DNA of 63,391 nucleotides, counting the filler, from Nitrospinae bacterium RIFCSPLOWO2_12_FULL_45_22 (GTDB taxonomy: Bacteria > 2-12-FULL-45-22): NCBI GenBank assembly GCA_001803565.1. It is 5 parts of 5 records of this genome, joined end to end, with 100 filler letters (N's around TTAATTAATTAA, not from the genome) between each part and the next. Parts side by side here need not be neighbours in the genome. Positions count along the whole stretch, not along the records: positions 44,013 to 57,596 come from MHDQ01000004.1; positions 57,697 to 63,391 come from MHDQ01000022.1; 3 more parts are not named here. One strand, 5' to 3'. Numbering within the stretch: the first letter of the stretch is position 1; the number at the start of each line of letters is the position of its first letter. Below, in pieces: positions 49,802 to 59,214 of the stretch. The translations under genes were made by a program, and so were the position numbers. The notes under the pieces were generated by a model. That model saw nothing but the letters and a program-made list of their open reading frames with translations. It was not told where the DNA came from and made no database searches.

Positions 49802-52800
49802 TTATTTACCCCCCTTCGAGATGAAACCACCTTTTATATACTTCTTCATAGCTACATTTTCATAACCAGTCCTGAACCCAAGAACTGCTGGACGCCATTT
49901 GCCCTTGCCACTCTCGCCCCCATCCTCTGCCCTGGTGAACTTAACAAATGATTCCCTTGGGGCACCGTTGGCGCAATGGACATCAGGCTCAAACCCTTTG
50001 CCTATCATCTGCCCCATAAGGTTCTTCCTCACAAGGGTATCGGTCAACAGTGTGGGCCGTAGCCAGCTTCTCGTCGAGCTTTGGTGGCCTCCATATCTGT
50101 ACATCGATTGATAATTAGTATCGGGATTCCTGGCGAGACCGTCTTTTCTGCTCTCGTGTCCCCTCACACTGCCATGGGTAGCCTGATACATATTAAACCA
50201 AGTCCTGGTAATGCCTTTGGGCAGATTGGGATGGTATCTGGCCCGCAGGAGGCACCTTGCAACCTTGTAATCAGCCGGTTTATCCTGCCAGCCCTTAAAT
50301 GGACGATCTTTAGGGTCCGGGTCTACCCAAATGTAATCCCCATCCTCTATTCCCAACTCTCTCGCATCATCAGGATTGATCTCTACGTAACCCTCGTTCA
50401 CCCAGGGTTTACGCTTATCTCGTCTATACATATCACCAAAGGGACCAAACCAGATAGAGAGGAGGTCCAGGTCAACACCAAAGGTATGAACTGCATGTCT
50501 GAACTTAGGTGTTAAGTATATATGAGTGAACCCTTCCTTCCGCAGGGGATGTTTGGTATTTAACAGCTCGTCCGGTGTATAGACGACATTACGCACCTGG
50601 CGGGTCTCTCCAGAGAGATCATCCATGGGCCAGCCATAATCGGTTGGCGTCTTTGGTTTTATCAATGGATGTCCTTTGGCGACTATCACGTTTGGCTCGT
50701 AAAAGGTGGCATCCACTGGTTCTCTGTGAACAGGTAGGTTCTCGCCATAGTCCAAGAACTCTGGTTCTTCTCTGTAAAACTCCAGCCTCCCGGTCTTATT
50801 GTACCATGGGGCAGACTCGACGCTCTGATCGTATCCTATGAACTTCGGGTAGGTCCTGCTCATCAATAGGGCCGGTATTCCGTCTTTGGCCTTGCTGATC
50901 AAATTATCAATCTGGTAGCCTTTCATGGTATTGGAATGGTCTATTATCCTTTGGAGGTAAGGTTTTGCCTTTCCATCGGCAATAAACCTCCAGTAATCCT
51001 TAAATCTACTATCACCAGTCAATTCACCAAGTTTTTCTGATACCCCAGCATAGGTCTCACTATCGCTCTTGGTATCCCATATCCTGCTAACCCCAGTTAG
51101 AGGCATAACCATAACAAAGGGATTGGTGACACTGGCCGTCATATCGTGCACATTGTACTCGCCCCAACTGTCAGCCGGCAGCACTACATCGGCATATTCG
51201 CAGCTCGCTGACCACCACCACTCATTGACTACTACAGCCTCTATCTTCCTATTGCGCAGTAAGTTCATCACTACATCGTACATTCCTTTGGAGTTCCCCA
51301 GGATGGAGTTGGAAGCAGCAAACCAGAAGAATTTCGTAGGCGTAGGCATGTGGGTCTCACCATTAAAATATATATCATGAACCTTCAAGGGCGTATCACC
51401 ATGGGCATAGAAGTGGGCTGACTGCATCTTGAAGTAAGGTTTAACCTTTGCCGGCTTAGTAGGATCAAGGATGATGTTGAAGGGGTCTTCGGCTATGTAC
51501 TGGGGCATTCCATTGAATAATGCTGCTCGATAATTCCCTGCATAGCTGCCCACATTGCCCCCAAAAAACCCGACATTTCTTGTTAATGCTGCTACCAGAA
51601 ATATGGCCCTGTCCTTCTGATCCGCGTTGAACAGCTGATTCGGACCCATGCCCACGGTAAAGAGCACCTTTTCCTTATTGGCCGCTATCTCCCTGGCAAG
51701 GTTTATTATCGCCTCTTTCGGTGCCCAGGTAATCTTGGAGGTGGAATCAACATTCCAGGTGTCTTCAAGATGTTGTTTAATAATATCGAATATCGGCCGA
51801 ACCTTAATCTTTTCTCCATTAGTCAAAGAAATCTCAAACTCACCTTCGAGGGCGGGCTTGACCCCTTTATTTGTGAACCTTTCCCCGGTATCATCCCGGC
51901 TGACCGGAGTGGCTTTCTTAGCGTTACTATCCCATACGACAAAATCCCCCCACTCTTGTCGCATGTCACTACTAACTGCCGGCATACCAAGATTGGTTGC
52001 GAATGGAGGGGGAGGCTTTTCCTCTTTTTTTATAACTCTTGTATACTTTAGCTCCGCATTGTTATAGCCACTGATGATCTCGTGGGCCCGGAGAAGCTCT
52101 CGGGTATCCATCCGCACCAGAAACGGCAGATCGGTGAATCCCTCCACAAATTCCTCATCGTATAGTCTCTCATTAATTATCACCTGAGCCAGGCCCAAGG
52201 CAAAAGCTGGATCCGTACCGGGCCGGATGATAACTATTTCATCGGCCTTGGAAGAGGTAGAGTTATAGTCAGTGGTTATGGTAACGACCTTTGCCCCTTT
52301 GAGCCTTGCTTCACTCAGCCAATGGCCATCCGGCATCTTAGTACATATCCAGTTCATCCCCCAGCATAGGATAATGTTAGCGTATTCAGCATTGACGAGG
52401 TCAAAATCGATAGTCTGTTGTCCGGTAACCATAGGGTGTCCCGGAGGCAAATCGGTATGCCAGGAATAATTATCGAATCCTATACCTCCAATAGCCTTGT
52501 CCGGCCCGACACCACGTATATAGGAGTCCAACAGTGCCATGGAATTAGCCATTCTATATAACCCAAAGAGTTTTATTACACCCAATAGCGGCATCCCGCC
52601 CCTGAATTTCATCGCTTGTGTACCGGCACCCATCATCTTCTCTATCATCTTGGCATCGTAACCCTGCTTCTGGAGCAACTCAGCTCCTTTAGTACCGCTA
52701 TAAGTTTTAACTGTATCAATCATGCTTTGGGCAACTATAGTGTATGCCTCATCCCAGGAAACCTTCTCCCATTGGTCTTCTCCTCTCTTGAAATATTTTA

Positions 52801-53287
52801 AGGGTGGTTGGCCATTTTCATCCCTGGGAAAACCTTTTTCCACCCACTCTTTGAAGCCCTTCCTGACCGTAGGATATTTAACTCGCCTATCTCCATAAAA
52901 CCTACCCACCATAGCCACGCCTTTATTGCATATCCTAGGGTCCCACCGGGCACTGGCCTTAGTCTCATAAATATCGGTGGCATCACGGTATCGCTGGCTC
53001 GGGCCAATGCGGGTAACAATCCCGTTCTTGATATATGCCCTGAGGTAGCAGTTGTGGGTATCATTTGGAGTGCAAGCGAAAATATAGGATGAATCCGGAT
53101 TATATATATCCCTATATATCTTTTCCCATTCACGAGGTGGATAATGTTCCAGGGGATTTTTTATCTCTGGAATAGGCTGGAGTTTCTCCAATGCCAGACC
53201 TATTGCGGGTTTGCTTACCAGAGCGGCCGTTGCAGTAGCCGCTAGTGTTTCCAGGAATTGTCTTCTACTTACCCTATCGAATGACAT
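49802..53287 (-). CDS. nxrA: Periplasmic NXR/NAR-like Mo-bisPGD catalytic alpha subunit (module 2)
   Basis: SRRQFL Tat signal; CTPNDTHNC...C FS0 motif; [13 protein letters not shown] Mo-ligand Asp region; [21 protein letters not shown]. Confidence 0.88.
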   Translation of the reverse strand: MSFDRVSRRQFLETLAATATAALVSKPAIGLALEKLQPIPEIKNPLEHYPPREWEKIYRDIYNPDSSYIFACTPNDTHNCYLRAYIKNGIVTRIGPSQRYRDATDIYETKASARWDPRICNKGVAMVGRFYGDRRVKYPTVRKGFKEWVEKGFPRDENGQPPLKYFKRGEDQWEKVSWDEAYTIVAQSMIDTVKTYSGTKGAELLQKQGYDAKMIEKMMGAGTQAMKFRGGMPLLGVIKLFGLYRMANSMALLDSYIRGVGPDKAIGGIGFDNYSWHTDLPPGHPMVTGQQTIDFDLVNAEYANIILCWGMNWICTKMPDGHWLSEARLKGAKVVTITTDYNSTSSKADEIVIIRPGTDPAFALGLAQVIINERLYDEEFVEGFTDLPFLVRMDTRELLRAHEIISGYNNAELKYTRVIKKEEKPPPPFATNLGMPAVSSDMRQEWGDFVVWDSNAKKATPVSRDDTGERFTNKGVKPALEGEFEISLTNGEKIKVRPIFDIIKQHLEDTWNVDSTSKITWAPKEAIINLAREIAANKEKVLFTVGMGPNQLFNADQKDRAIFLVAALTRNVGFFGGNVGSYAGNYRAALFNGMPQYIAEDPFNIILDPTKPAKVKPYFKMQSAHFYAHGDTPLKVHDIYFNGETHMPTPTKFFWFAASNSILGNSKGMYDVVMNLLRNRKIEAVVVNEWWWSASCEYADVVLPADSWGEYNVHDMTASVTNPFVMVMPLTGVSRIWDTKSDSETYAGVSEKLGELTGDSRFKDYWRFIADGKAKPYLQRIIDHSNTMKGYQIDNLISKAKDGIPALLMSRTYPKFIGYDQSVESAPWYNKTGRLEFYREEPEFLDYGENLPVHREPVDATFYEPNVIVAKGHPLIKPKTPTDYGWPMDDLSGETRQVRNVVYTPDELLNTKHPLRKEGFTHIYLTPKFRHAVHTFGVDLDLLSIWFGPFGDMYRRDKRKPWVNEGYVEINPDDARELGIEDGDYIWVDPDPKDRPFKGWQDKPADYKVARCLLRARYHPNLPKGITRTWFNMYQATHGSVRGHESRKDGLARNPDTNYQSMYRYGGHQSSTRSWLRPTLLTDTLVRKNLMGQMIGKGFEPDVHCANGAPRESFVKFTRAEDGGESGKGKWRPAVLGFRTGYENVAMKKYIKGGFISKGGK

Positions 53288-53380
53288 CTTAACTCCCCTT
53301 TCGGAAAAACTATAAAGGTATTTTCTAATTCGCGGAGGTTCATCAAGACCCTTGATCTCTCTGTTCCTTGATAGCTAAAG

Positions 53381-53474
53381 ACCTTACCTCCAATCTAGCT
53401 CATACCAGGTTGTTACCGCTTTTTGCCCATCTCGATCGCCTTTATTCCCATCCCATACAGCAAAAGCTATAGGT
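53381..53474. repeat. 94-bp direct repeat, copy 2 (3' end of the cytochrome c-NxrC gene)
   Basis: Identical to 47016-47109; encodes PIAFAVWDGNKGDRDGQKAVTTWYELDWR*. Confidence 0.97.
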
Positions 53475-54964
53475 ACTTTGGTACCGGGATTCATGTTAAG
53501 ATCATATGGCTCATTGGATTTCAAGCTTCGTTTGAAAATAACCTTCCAAAAACCATTAGCCCATATCCCTTGTCCATCCACATTCTGCCCCTCGACTTTT
53601 TGGCTGGTCAATGTACCAAAGCCTTCAGCATTAAGGTCTTCTATTGCCGATGGTTTCTTCGGGTTAGAAGCATAGTTACCCGCACCCCAACCAGTCACAT
53701 AGGTTCGGTTATGAGCAGGGGAAGGAGCCATAGGAAATTGCCTGCGGGATTCGGTCTTTTTAGGATGCCATCCTGAGGCAAATAAATAATCATCTGCCGC
53801 CATCTGGGGGTATACATCTTCCATATCCTGGAATTTTTTAAGATCTAACTGCCTATCCATTCTCCAATACCATATATTTACCGGCTTACCTTTTGTCCCC
53901 ATAGTAAAATGAGGTAGCTCCGGTGAGAGGGAAAACATGATGGCTGCCCCATCGGAAAAATCTTGATGCCGGGTGAAGCGACCAGCCGGCTCCATATCCT
54001 CCCACTCCAGGAGGAAGGCGATCTCTTTCTCATTATGAATAGCCTTTATCTTTGCTGACTCGATTACTTCATCCCTCTGCCAGAGGAGCATGAGGGGAAT
54101 TTCTCCGGCTGCAACAGTTTCCCATACTGGACTGTTGGGGTCTGATACAATATCACCTGTTATTTTTTGTGCCGTTATTTTGCCCGTGCTCGGTTGCTGG
54201 GCTACCTTTTGAGCAGCCAATGACTTTACATAACGAACTAAAGCCCAGCGCTCTTGCTCATTAGCTGAATCTTCATAGGAAGGCATAGGGGTTCCATCCA
54301 TTCCGGTAGTGAACCTGAGATAGATATCAGAATCCTTGCCCCCACCTTTATAAACCCCCCGGGTGAAATTATTGGGGGGGGCAGGATAGCCCCAATCGTC
54401 CTTGAGGCCAGATACAGATGGGCCATCTCCCTTTCCCTCTTTACCATGGCATTCCCAGCATTTTAGTTTCTGATAGAGCGCCTTTCCCTGGGATACGAGC
54501 TCAGGAGCCGCACTAGATACAGCCGGTACTTTAATCATCCTTTCAGGCTCCCCTTCAATATTAGCCATTTTTTTTACATAATGAACCAGTGCCCAGCGAT
54601 CTTGTTCTTGAATCGAGCTAAAACCAGACATAGCAGACCCGGGTAATCCTGTGGTTATAGTATTAAATAGGTCCTGATCAGTAGGAGGTTCGCCGGATGG
54701 TGTAGAACGCACCTTAAAGACACCACTAGTGAAGTCCCTGGGTTTGGGAAAAAGGAGATAAGCGGCTGTCCCATCTCCCTTACCTTCCATACCATGGCAT
54801 ACACTACATTCTTGCTCGAAAAGGGTCTTGCCTCTCTGTAAAAGCTCCGGGTTAACATCCACCGCACCAGTATCCTGAGAGGCTAAGGGTAACACTAAGA
54901 AGGACAATAGAAGTGATACGAATAGATAACCTCTCCTCTCTCTCAAAAGCTTTACCCAGTTCAT
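53384..54964 (-). CDS. Diheme cytochrome c fused to an NxrC/EbdC-like heme b domain (module 1)
   Basis: CSVCH and CWECH, each followed by GxGDG and PRDFT/PNNFT; then FSDGAAIMF, HFTMG, VNIWYW, AEGFGTL, FAVWDG...RDGQK. Confidence 0.88.
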   Translation of the reverse strand: MNWVKLLRERRGYLFVSLLLSFLVLPLASQDTGAVDVNPELLQRGKTLFEQECSVCHGMEGKGDGTAAYLLFPKPRDFTSGVFKVRSTPSGEPPTDQDLFNTITTGLPGSAMSGFSSIQEQDRWALVHYVKKMANIEGEPERMIKVPAVSSAAPELVSQGKALYQKLKCWECHGKEGKGDGPSVSGLKDDWGYPAPPNNFTRGVYKGGGKDSDIYLRFTTGMDGTPMPSYEDSANEQERWALVRYVKSLAAQKVAQQPSTGKITAQKITGDIVSDPNSPVWETVAAGEIPLMLLWQRDEVIESAKIKAIHNEKEIAFLLEWEDMEPAGRFTRHQDFSDGAAIMFSLSPELPHFTMGTKGKPVNIWYWRMDRQLDLKKFQDMEDVYPQMAADDYLFASGWHPKKTESRRQFPMAPSPAHNRTYVTGWGAGNYASNPKKPSAIEDLNAEGFGTLTSQKVEGQNVDGQGIWANGFWKVIFKRSLKSNEPYDLNMNPGTKVPIAFAVWDGNKGDRDGQKAVTTWYELDWR

Positions 54965-54978
54965 ATATTACCTCCTCC

Positions 54979-55722
54979 CTATAGTTTTTCTGAGTTGTTA
55001 ACACAAGAAACGCAGGTATCATCAAACTCATATCTCTGCGGCTGGAGCTCTCCTATTGGTTCAGGATGAACTTTAAAAAACCGCATTTCTGTCTTTAAAA
55101 ATTCCTCGGTTAGAGCCCCCAGCCCATAATAGAAGCCGTTGGTTGCCTTATTCATCAAGAGTCGTAGGAATAAGGGCGCCCATCTCCCCAGGTTTTCTTT
55201 CAGAAATTTTTGCTGGGCATCTCGGCATATCTGGACTTTATCTTCGCCATGCCTCGCACTGGCATAGTATTCTTTGTATGCAAGAAACCCCATAAACTCC
55301 AGCTCAACACCGATATGGTCTAAACGCTCTCCCTGTTCCTGAGAAACCTCCAGTCCAAATGCCCTATAGAACCCAGAAATATCCGCTAAGGTTTGGGTCT
55401 GTTGAAAGACATGATGTACACCATATTCGGTCTCACAAGGAGGGCAGTCCTTGGAAACAGAATGGCCCAAGACTCTTCCATATTCGAGCTTTAATTCTTC
55501 CAGGGAAAGTCCCTTGAAGGCGGCTCCTTGTTCTCTAAGCTTCTGTAAAAACCCATTCTTTGGCCCATCTGGGAGAAATTCCCCCCATTCCCTCAGTTCT
55601 TCTATGAAGTAACCCTGGTGGAGTAAAGCAAAAAAATCATCACCTGGATAGAGAAAGGCACCCGATAGAAGCTGATAAATTCTACTTCGGGCAAAGGCTT
55701 GCTGAGGATCATACCCTTCCAT
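54979..55722 (-). CDS. TorD/DmsD-family molybdoenzyme chaperone (module 1)
   Basis: ARSRIYQLL, CPPCETEYG, LADISGFYRAFG, DHIGVELEFM. Confidence 0.9.
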   Translation of the reverse strand: MEGYDPQQAFARSRIYQLLSGAFLYPGDDFFALLHQGYFIEELREWGEFLPDGPKNGFLQKLREQGAAFKGLSLEELKLEYGRVLGHSVSKDCPPCETEYGVHHVFQQTQTLADISGFYRAFGLEVSQEQGERLDHIGVELEFMGFLAYKEYYASARHGEDKVQICRDAQQKFLKENLGRWAPLFLRLLMNKATNGFYYGLGALTEEFLKTEMRFFKVHPEPIGELQPQRYEFDDTCVSCVNNSEKL

Positions 55723-55735
55723 TGTTATCTCCCAA

Positions 55736-57032
55736 TTAGATTGAGTTAAGATGCAAATCCTTCCGGATATAGATAGGTTCTTCTACCGTAGTTCTAACTA
55801 TTTCCTTCCCATCCCTTCCGTAGCCAATAACGGTATCATTATACATGGACCAGGTCTTGCCATTAATACTAGTCTCAAAGACCTTCTTACCTTCCTTGAT
55901 CTCGTACCGGAAGATAATTTTTTGGGCGATACGGAAGAGTTGTAAGACAGCTAATAGCTCCCTGCTAGGGGCGAGGTATTTTTCTATTGCTTCATCCGCT
56001 CCGGGTCCAAACATCTGCCACAGATAGGGCCGGGGAACCGTCCTGGGTGGGATATAATAACCGTTGGGCTGGGTGCCAAGCTGTGGATAGAGAGGAAGAG
56101 CAACTTTTTCGACCTTAACCATGTAATATAGGGGATTATATCTATCTTCGGCCCAGGAGCCATCCTCCTTGATCTTTACCAATCCCTGAAGTCTTATCTT
56201 CCCCACACAGGCAGCCATACAACGGGTCTCCATAGGATCGCCACCGCTCAGGGGGTCCTTACCCTCGATCCGGGGGTAGCAGGCAATACATTTTTCCGAG
56301 ACCCTGCTAGTACCCCGGAACATTGGTTTCTTGTAGGGGCAAGCCTCCACGCATTTTCGGTACCCCCGGCAGCGGTTCTGATCTAACAGGACAATACCGT
56401 CTTCTGGCCGCTTATAAATGGCTTCCCTAGGACAGGCTGCCAGACAGGCCGGATAAGTACAGTGATTACAAAGTCTCTGGAGGTGAAAGAACCATGTTCT
56501 ATGTTCTGGCAGGGAGACCCCTTTCTCATCCCAGACAAAATCTAACCCTTCTGTCCTAACTGGAGTATCTTCATAGATATTTGGAAATCGCCACTCTTCA
56601 TCACCTGGGATGAACCCGATAGCCCGCTGCTGCCCTTCCGGGCCATATCTTTTCTGGGCCCCCTCAAAAATAGTTACCCCTTCATAAACTCCATAGGGTT
56701 TCTGCCCGCCATCTTTTTGGGCAAGGTTCCATACTTGCCCGCCAGGATTGGCCTCTTCGAGCATTTGCAAAATCCTGACATCCCAGAATTGAGGATATCC
56801 TCCATAGGGCTTTGTTTCTACGTTGTTCCACCACATATATTCTTGACCTTTAGAAAAGGTCCAGGTAGATTTACAGGCCATGGTGCAAGTTTGACAACCA
56901 ATACAGCGATTTGTGTTGAAGACAAAGGCAAATTGTTGCTGTGGATGCTTTTCCTCATAGGGATAAAGCATCTTTCTACCCAGGTGCCAGTTATAAACNN
57001 NNNNNNNNNNNNNNNNNNTAAACCTCAGACAT
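55736..57032 (-). CDS. nxrB: Anammox/Nitrospira-type NXR beta subunit (module 1)
   Basis: MSEVYNWHLGRKMLYPYEE (collapsing TAAAC across the N gap 56999-57018), QFAFVFNTNRCIGCQTC, STWTFSKGQEYMWWNNVETKPYGGYP, METRCMAACVGKIR. Confidence 0.92.
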
Positions 57033-57072
57033 CCTCTTACCCTCCTTTTTTAAATAATAACCTTGTGTAGTT

Positions 57073-57280
57073 GTAACCGTTCACCCGGCTAAGCTTTATC
57101 AGCCACTAAGACACAAAGGCACCAAGAGATGAAATCATTTATCCGGTGTATGACGTACGCTGCATCCCCTATGCAGAGCAAGCTCTGCCACTACAGCCTA
57201 CAAAAAAGTTTGTAGTGGTCGAGCTTGCTCGACTCCTTCCATACCTTGGTGACTTAGGGCCTTGGTGGCTGAACGGTTAC
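57073..57280. mobile_element. MITE with 11-bp TIRs and 8-bp target-site duplication, carrying a nested GTAG REP pair
   Basis: GTAACCGTTCA/TGAACGGTTAC; GTGTAGTT at both 57065-57072 and 57281-57288. Confidence 0.88.
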
Positions 57281-57287
57281 GTGTAGT

Positions 57288-57596
57288 TTATGCCTTTTTT
57301 ATCTCGATCAGGTTACCAGCGAGGTATTTTTTCATAAACTCGCTCTCATTACCTGGCGAGAATCCAGTAGTAGCTGGTGCCCATATCCCGCGGCCTCCCA
57401 GCCCACCATCCTCTGCCTTAGTAATCTTCACCAAGGTTTCTTTGGGAACCGTATTAACCGCATGATTATCTGCCTCTCCTCCGAACATAAACCCCATAAA
57501 AACCTTGGTCTTATGGAAAAGAGTATCAGTCTGGTGCATGGGCATATGCCAGTTACGGGTAATGGATTGCTGTGAACCATAACGGAAGCTGGCTTG
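57288..57596 (-). CDS. nxrA: C-terminal fragment of anammox/Nitrospira-type NXR alpha subunit (module 1; remainder beyond contig end)
   Basis: QASFRYGSQQSITRNWHMPMHQTDTLFHK...GGEADNHAVNTVPKETLVKITKAEDGG. Confidence 0.88.
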   Translation of the reverse strand, partial: QASFRYGSQQSITRNWHMPMHQTDTLFHKTKVFMGFMFGGEADNHAVNTVPKETLVKITKAEDGGLGGRGIWAPATTGFSPGNESEFMKKYLAGNLIEIKKA

Positions 57597-57696
57597 NNNN
57601 NNNNNNNNNNNNNNNNNNNNNNNNNNNNNNNNNNNNNNNNTTAATTAATTAANNNNNNNNNNNNNNNNNNNNNNNNNNNNNNNNNNNNNNNNNNNN
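57597..57696. other. Artificial contig linker
   Basis: N run with TTAATTAATTAA. Confidence 0.98.
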
Positions 57697-57991
57697 TACG
57701 CACGAATCAAGAACCATCAACAAGGGGGTTTCGGCGTGTCCTCCCACGCCGAAACATCGGATAAAGCTTCAATGGATACCATGGGGAAAAATGTTAGAAA
57801 ACTTGTAATGATTGCCTTTACGTGGGAAATCACGGCAAAAAAGATATTGAATGTGTGTCAAACAGTAATTTAATGTAAAGAAATTTCAAAATAGCCGCAG
57901 AGTCGCTAAGACATTAATGTTTTCCTTGTGACTTGGTGTCTGATATTTATCTTGATTAGCGTATTTAATACATATATAATAATTTGTAATC

Positions 57992-58489
57992 ATGATTGTA
58001 TTCGACTCATCCACTCTGATATTATTGGCAAAAGCTGAACTTCTCGATGCCTTTATTGACGATTATAAAAAGGTAGTTATAATCCCACAGGAGGTAAACG
58101 AAGAGTGCTGTAGTAAAAAGGACAGTTTTGATGCCCTTCTTATAAGGAAAAGGATAGAAGAAAAAAGGATAAAGACAGCAAGGATACACAATACTGAGTT
58201 ATGCGAGAGATTCATAAAGGATTTCTCCATTGACATGGGAGAGGCAGAGGCATTGGTATTGTTTCTTGAAAAAAAGGCTTTACTGCTTGCAGTGGATGAT
58301 AAAAATGCTATTAAGGCGTGCAAGATACTGAAAATCCCGTTTGCATCAGCATTGACTATCCTAGTAAGACTTGTTGTAAAAGGGGTGATAGAAAGTGATG
58401 CGGCAAGAAAAAAAATTAATGTACTTGCCAAATACGGCAGATATAAGGACACAATGATAAAAGAGGCACGAGAAGGACTCAATCTATAA
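57992..58489 (+). CDS. PIN-domain (VapC/DUF3368-like) toxin
   Basis: IVFDSSTLI, IPQEVNEE, DMGEAEAL, LAVDDKNA. Confidence 0.85.
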   Translation: MIVFDSSTLILLAKAELLDAFIDDYKKVVIIPQEVNEECCSKKDSFDALLIRKRIEEKRIKTARIHNTELCERFIKDFSIDMGEAEALVLFLEKKALLLAVDDKNAIKACKILKIPFASALTILVRLVVKGVIESDAARKKINVLAKYGRYKDTMIKEAREGLNL

Positions 58490-58501
58490 GGAGGAATAGT
58501 T

Positions 58502-58801
58502 ATGGCGTATACGACCATGAGTATAAGGATAGACAAAGATGACTATGATTTTGTAAAGAAACTGGCAATAGAGGAAAAAGAAGACATCTCAGCGGCAGTC
58601 AGAGAACTCATAAATTTAGGAAGGATACATTTTGCCATAGAGCAGTATAAAAGTGGAACTGCCTCATTAGGAAGGACGGCAAAGCTTGCAGGTGTGTCAA
58701 TAAGCGAGATGATAGACATATTGGCAAATTATGGTGTTAAGAGTAATCTGGATGAAGAGGATTATCGTGAAGGATTAAAAAATTTAGAGGCTGTTTATTG
58801 A
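58502..58801 (+). CDS. UPF0175-family antitoxin with RHH-like N-terminus
   Basis: MSIRID, SAAVRELI, YKSGTASLGRTAKLAGVS. Confidence 0.85.
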   Translation: MAYTTMSIRIDKDDYDFVKKLAIEEKEDISAAVRELINLGRIHFAIEQYKSGTASLGRTAKLAGVSISEMIDILANYGVKSNLDEEDYREGLKNLEAVY

Positions 58802-58814
58802 GAAAAAAAACGAA

Positions 58815-58942
58815 CTATAGCAAACGCTAAAAGAAAGTTGTCATTGCGAGGAGGAACGACGAAGCAATCTCATGGCAGGGATTGCTTCGCTGTCGCTCGC
58901 AATGACGGATTCATGTCAACTTATTTCGGACGTTTACTATAG
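58815..58942. repeat. Nested palindromic element with GTCATTGCGAG-type REP core
   Basis: Core GTCATTGCGAG..GAAGCAATC/GATTGCTTCG..CTCGCAATGAC (58840-58906); outer imperfect IR CTATAGCAAACG..AAGTTG/CAACTT..CGTTTACTATAG. Confidence 0.75.
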
Positions 58943-59214
58943 AAAAAGATTGGCCAGCCTCTCAATCGTTGCCCATCACCTAATACCTTACCCCTTTTCC
59001 TTCGGGAATAAAAAAGAGGTTATAAAAAATGTCTATACAAAAAACATTGTCCGTTAAGCATTTAAAACATCCATATTTATACAGAAACAGGTTATTTCAA
59101 ACATTGGCAAAAGTGCGCGAAGGAAATTTTAGAAGATATCTCTCTTTCCGTTTACATCAACATTACAAAGATTTAATTACACACATGTTGCATAAAAAGT
59201 GATATAAATTTGTG

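Noticed and set aside
49802-53287. Calling nxrA2 a canonical cytoplasmic NarG, or asserting that the organism oxidises nitrite
   Set aside because: It has a Tat signal, an Asp-containing FS0 motif and no NarI; reaction direction cannot be read from sequence
53288-53380. FNR/CRP site upstream of nxrA2
   Set aside because: The palindrome is ATCAAG-N3-CTTGAT, the opposite arrangement to TTGAT-N4-ATCAA
56994-57023. nxrB1 apparently lacking its N-terminus
   Set aside because: TAAAC is repeated on both sides of the N gap; collapsing it restores MSEVYNWHLGRK with a good RBS
20356-57696. Recurrent TTAATTAATTAA within N runs as a biological repeat, and gene adjacency across these points
   Set aside because: These are artificial contig linkers; for example, the multiheme cluster and the Rieske/NXR cluster are not shown to be physically adjacent
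3593-58942. Periodic intergenic repeats as CRISPR arrays
   Set aside because: No constant-length repeats separated by unique spacers and no cas genes
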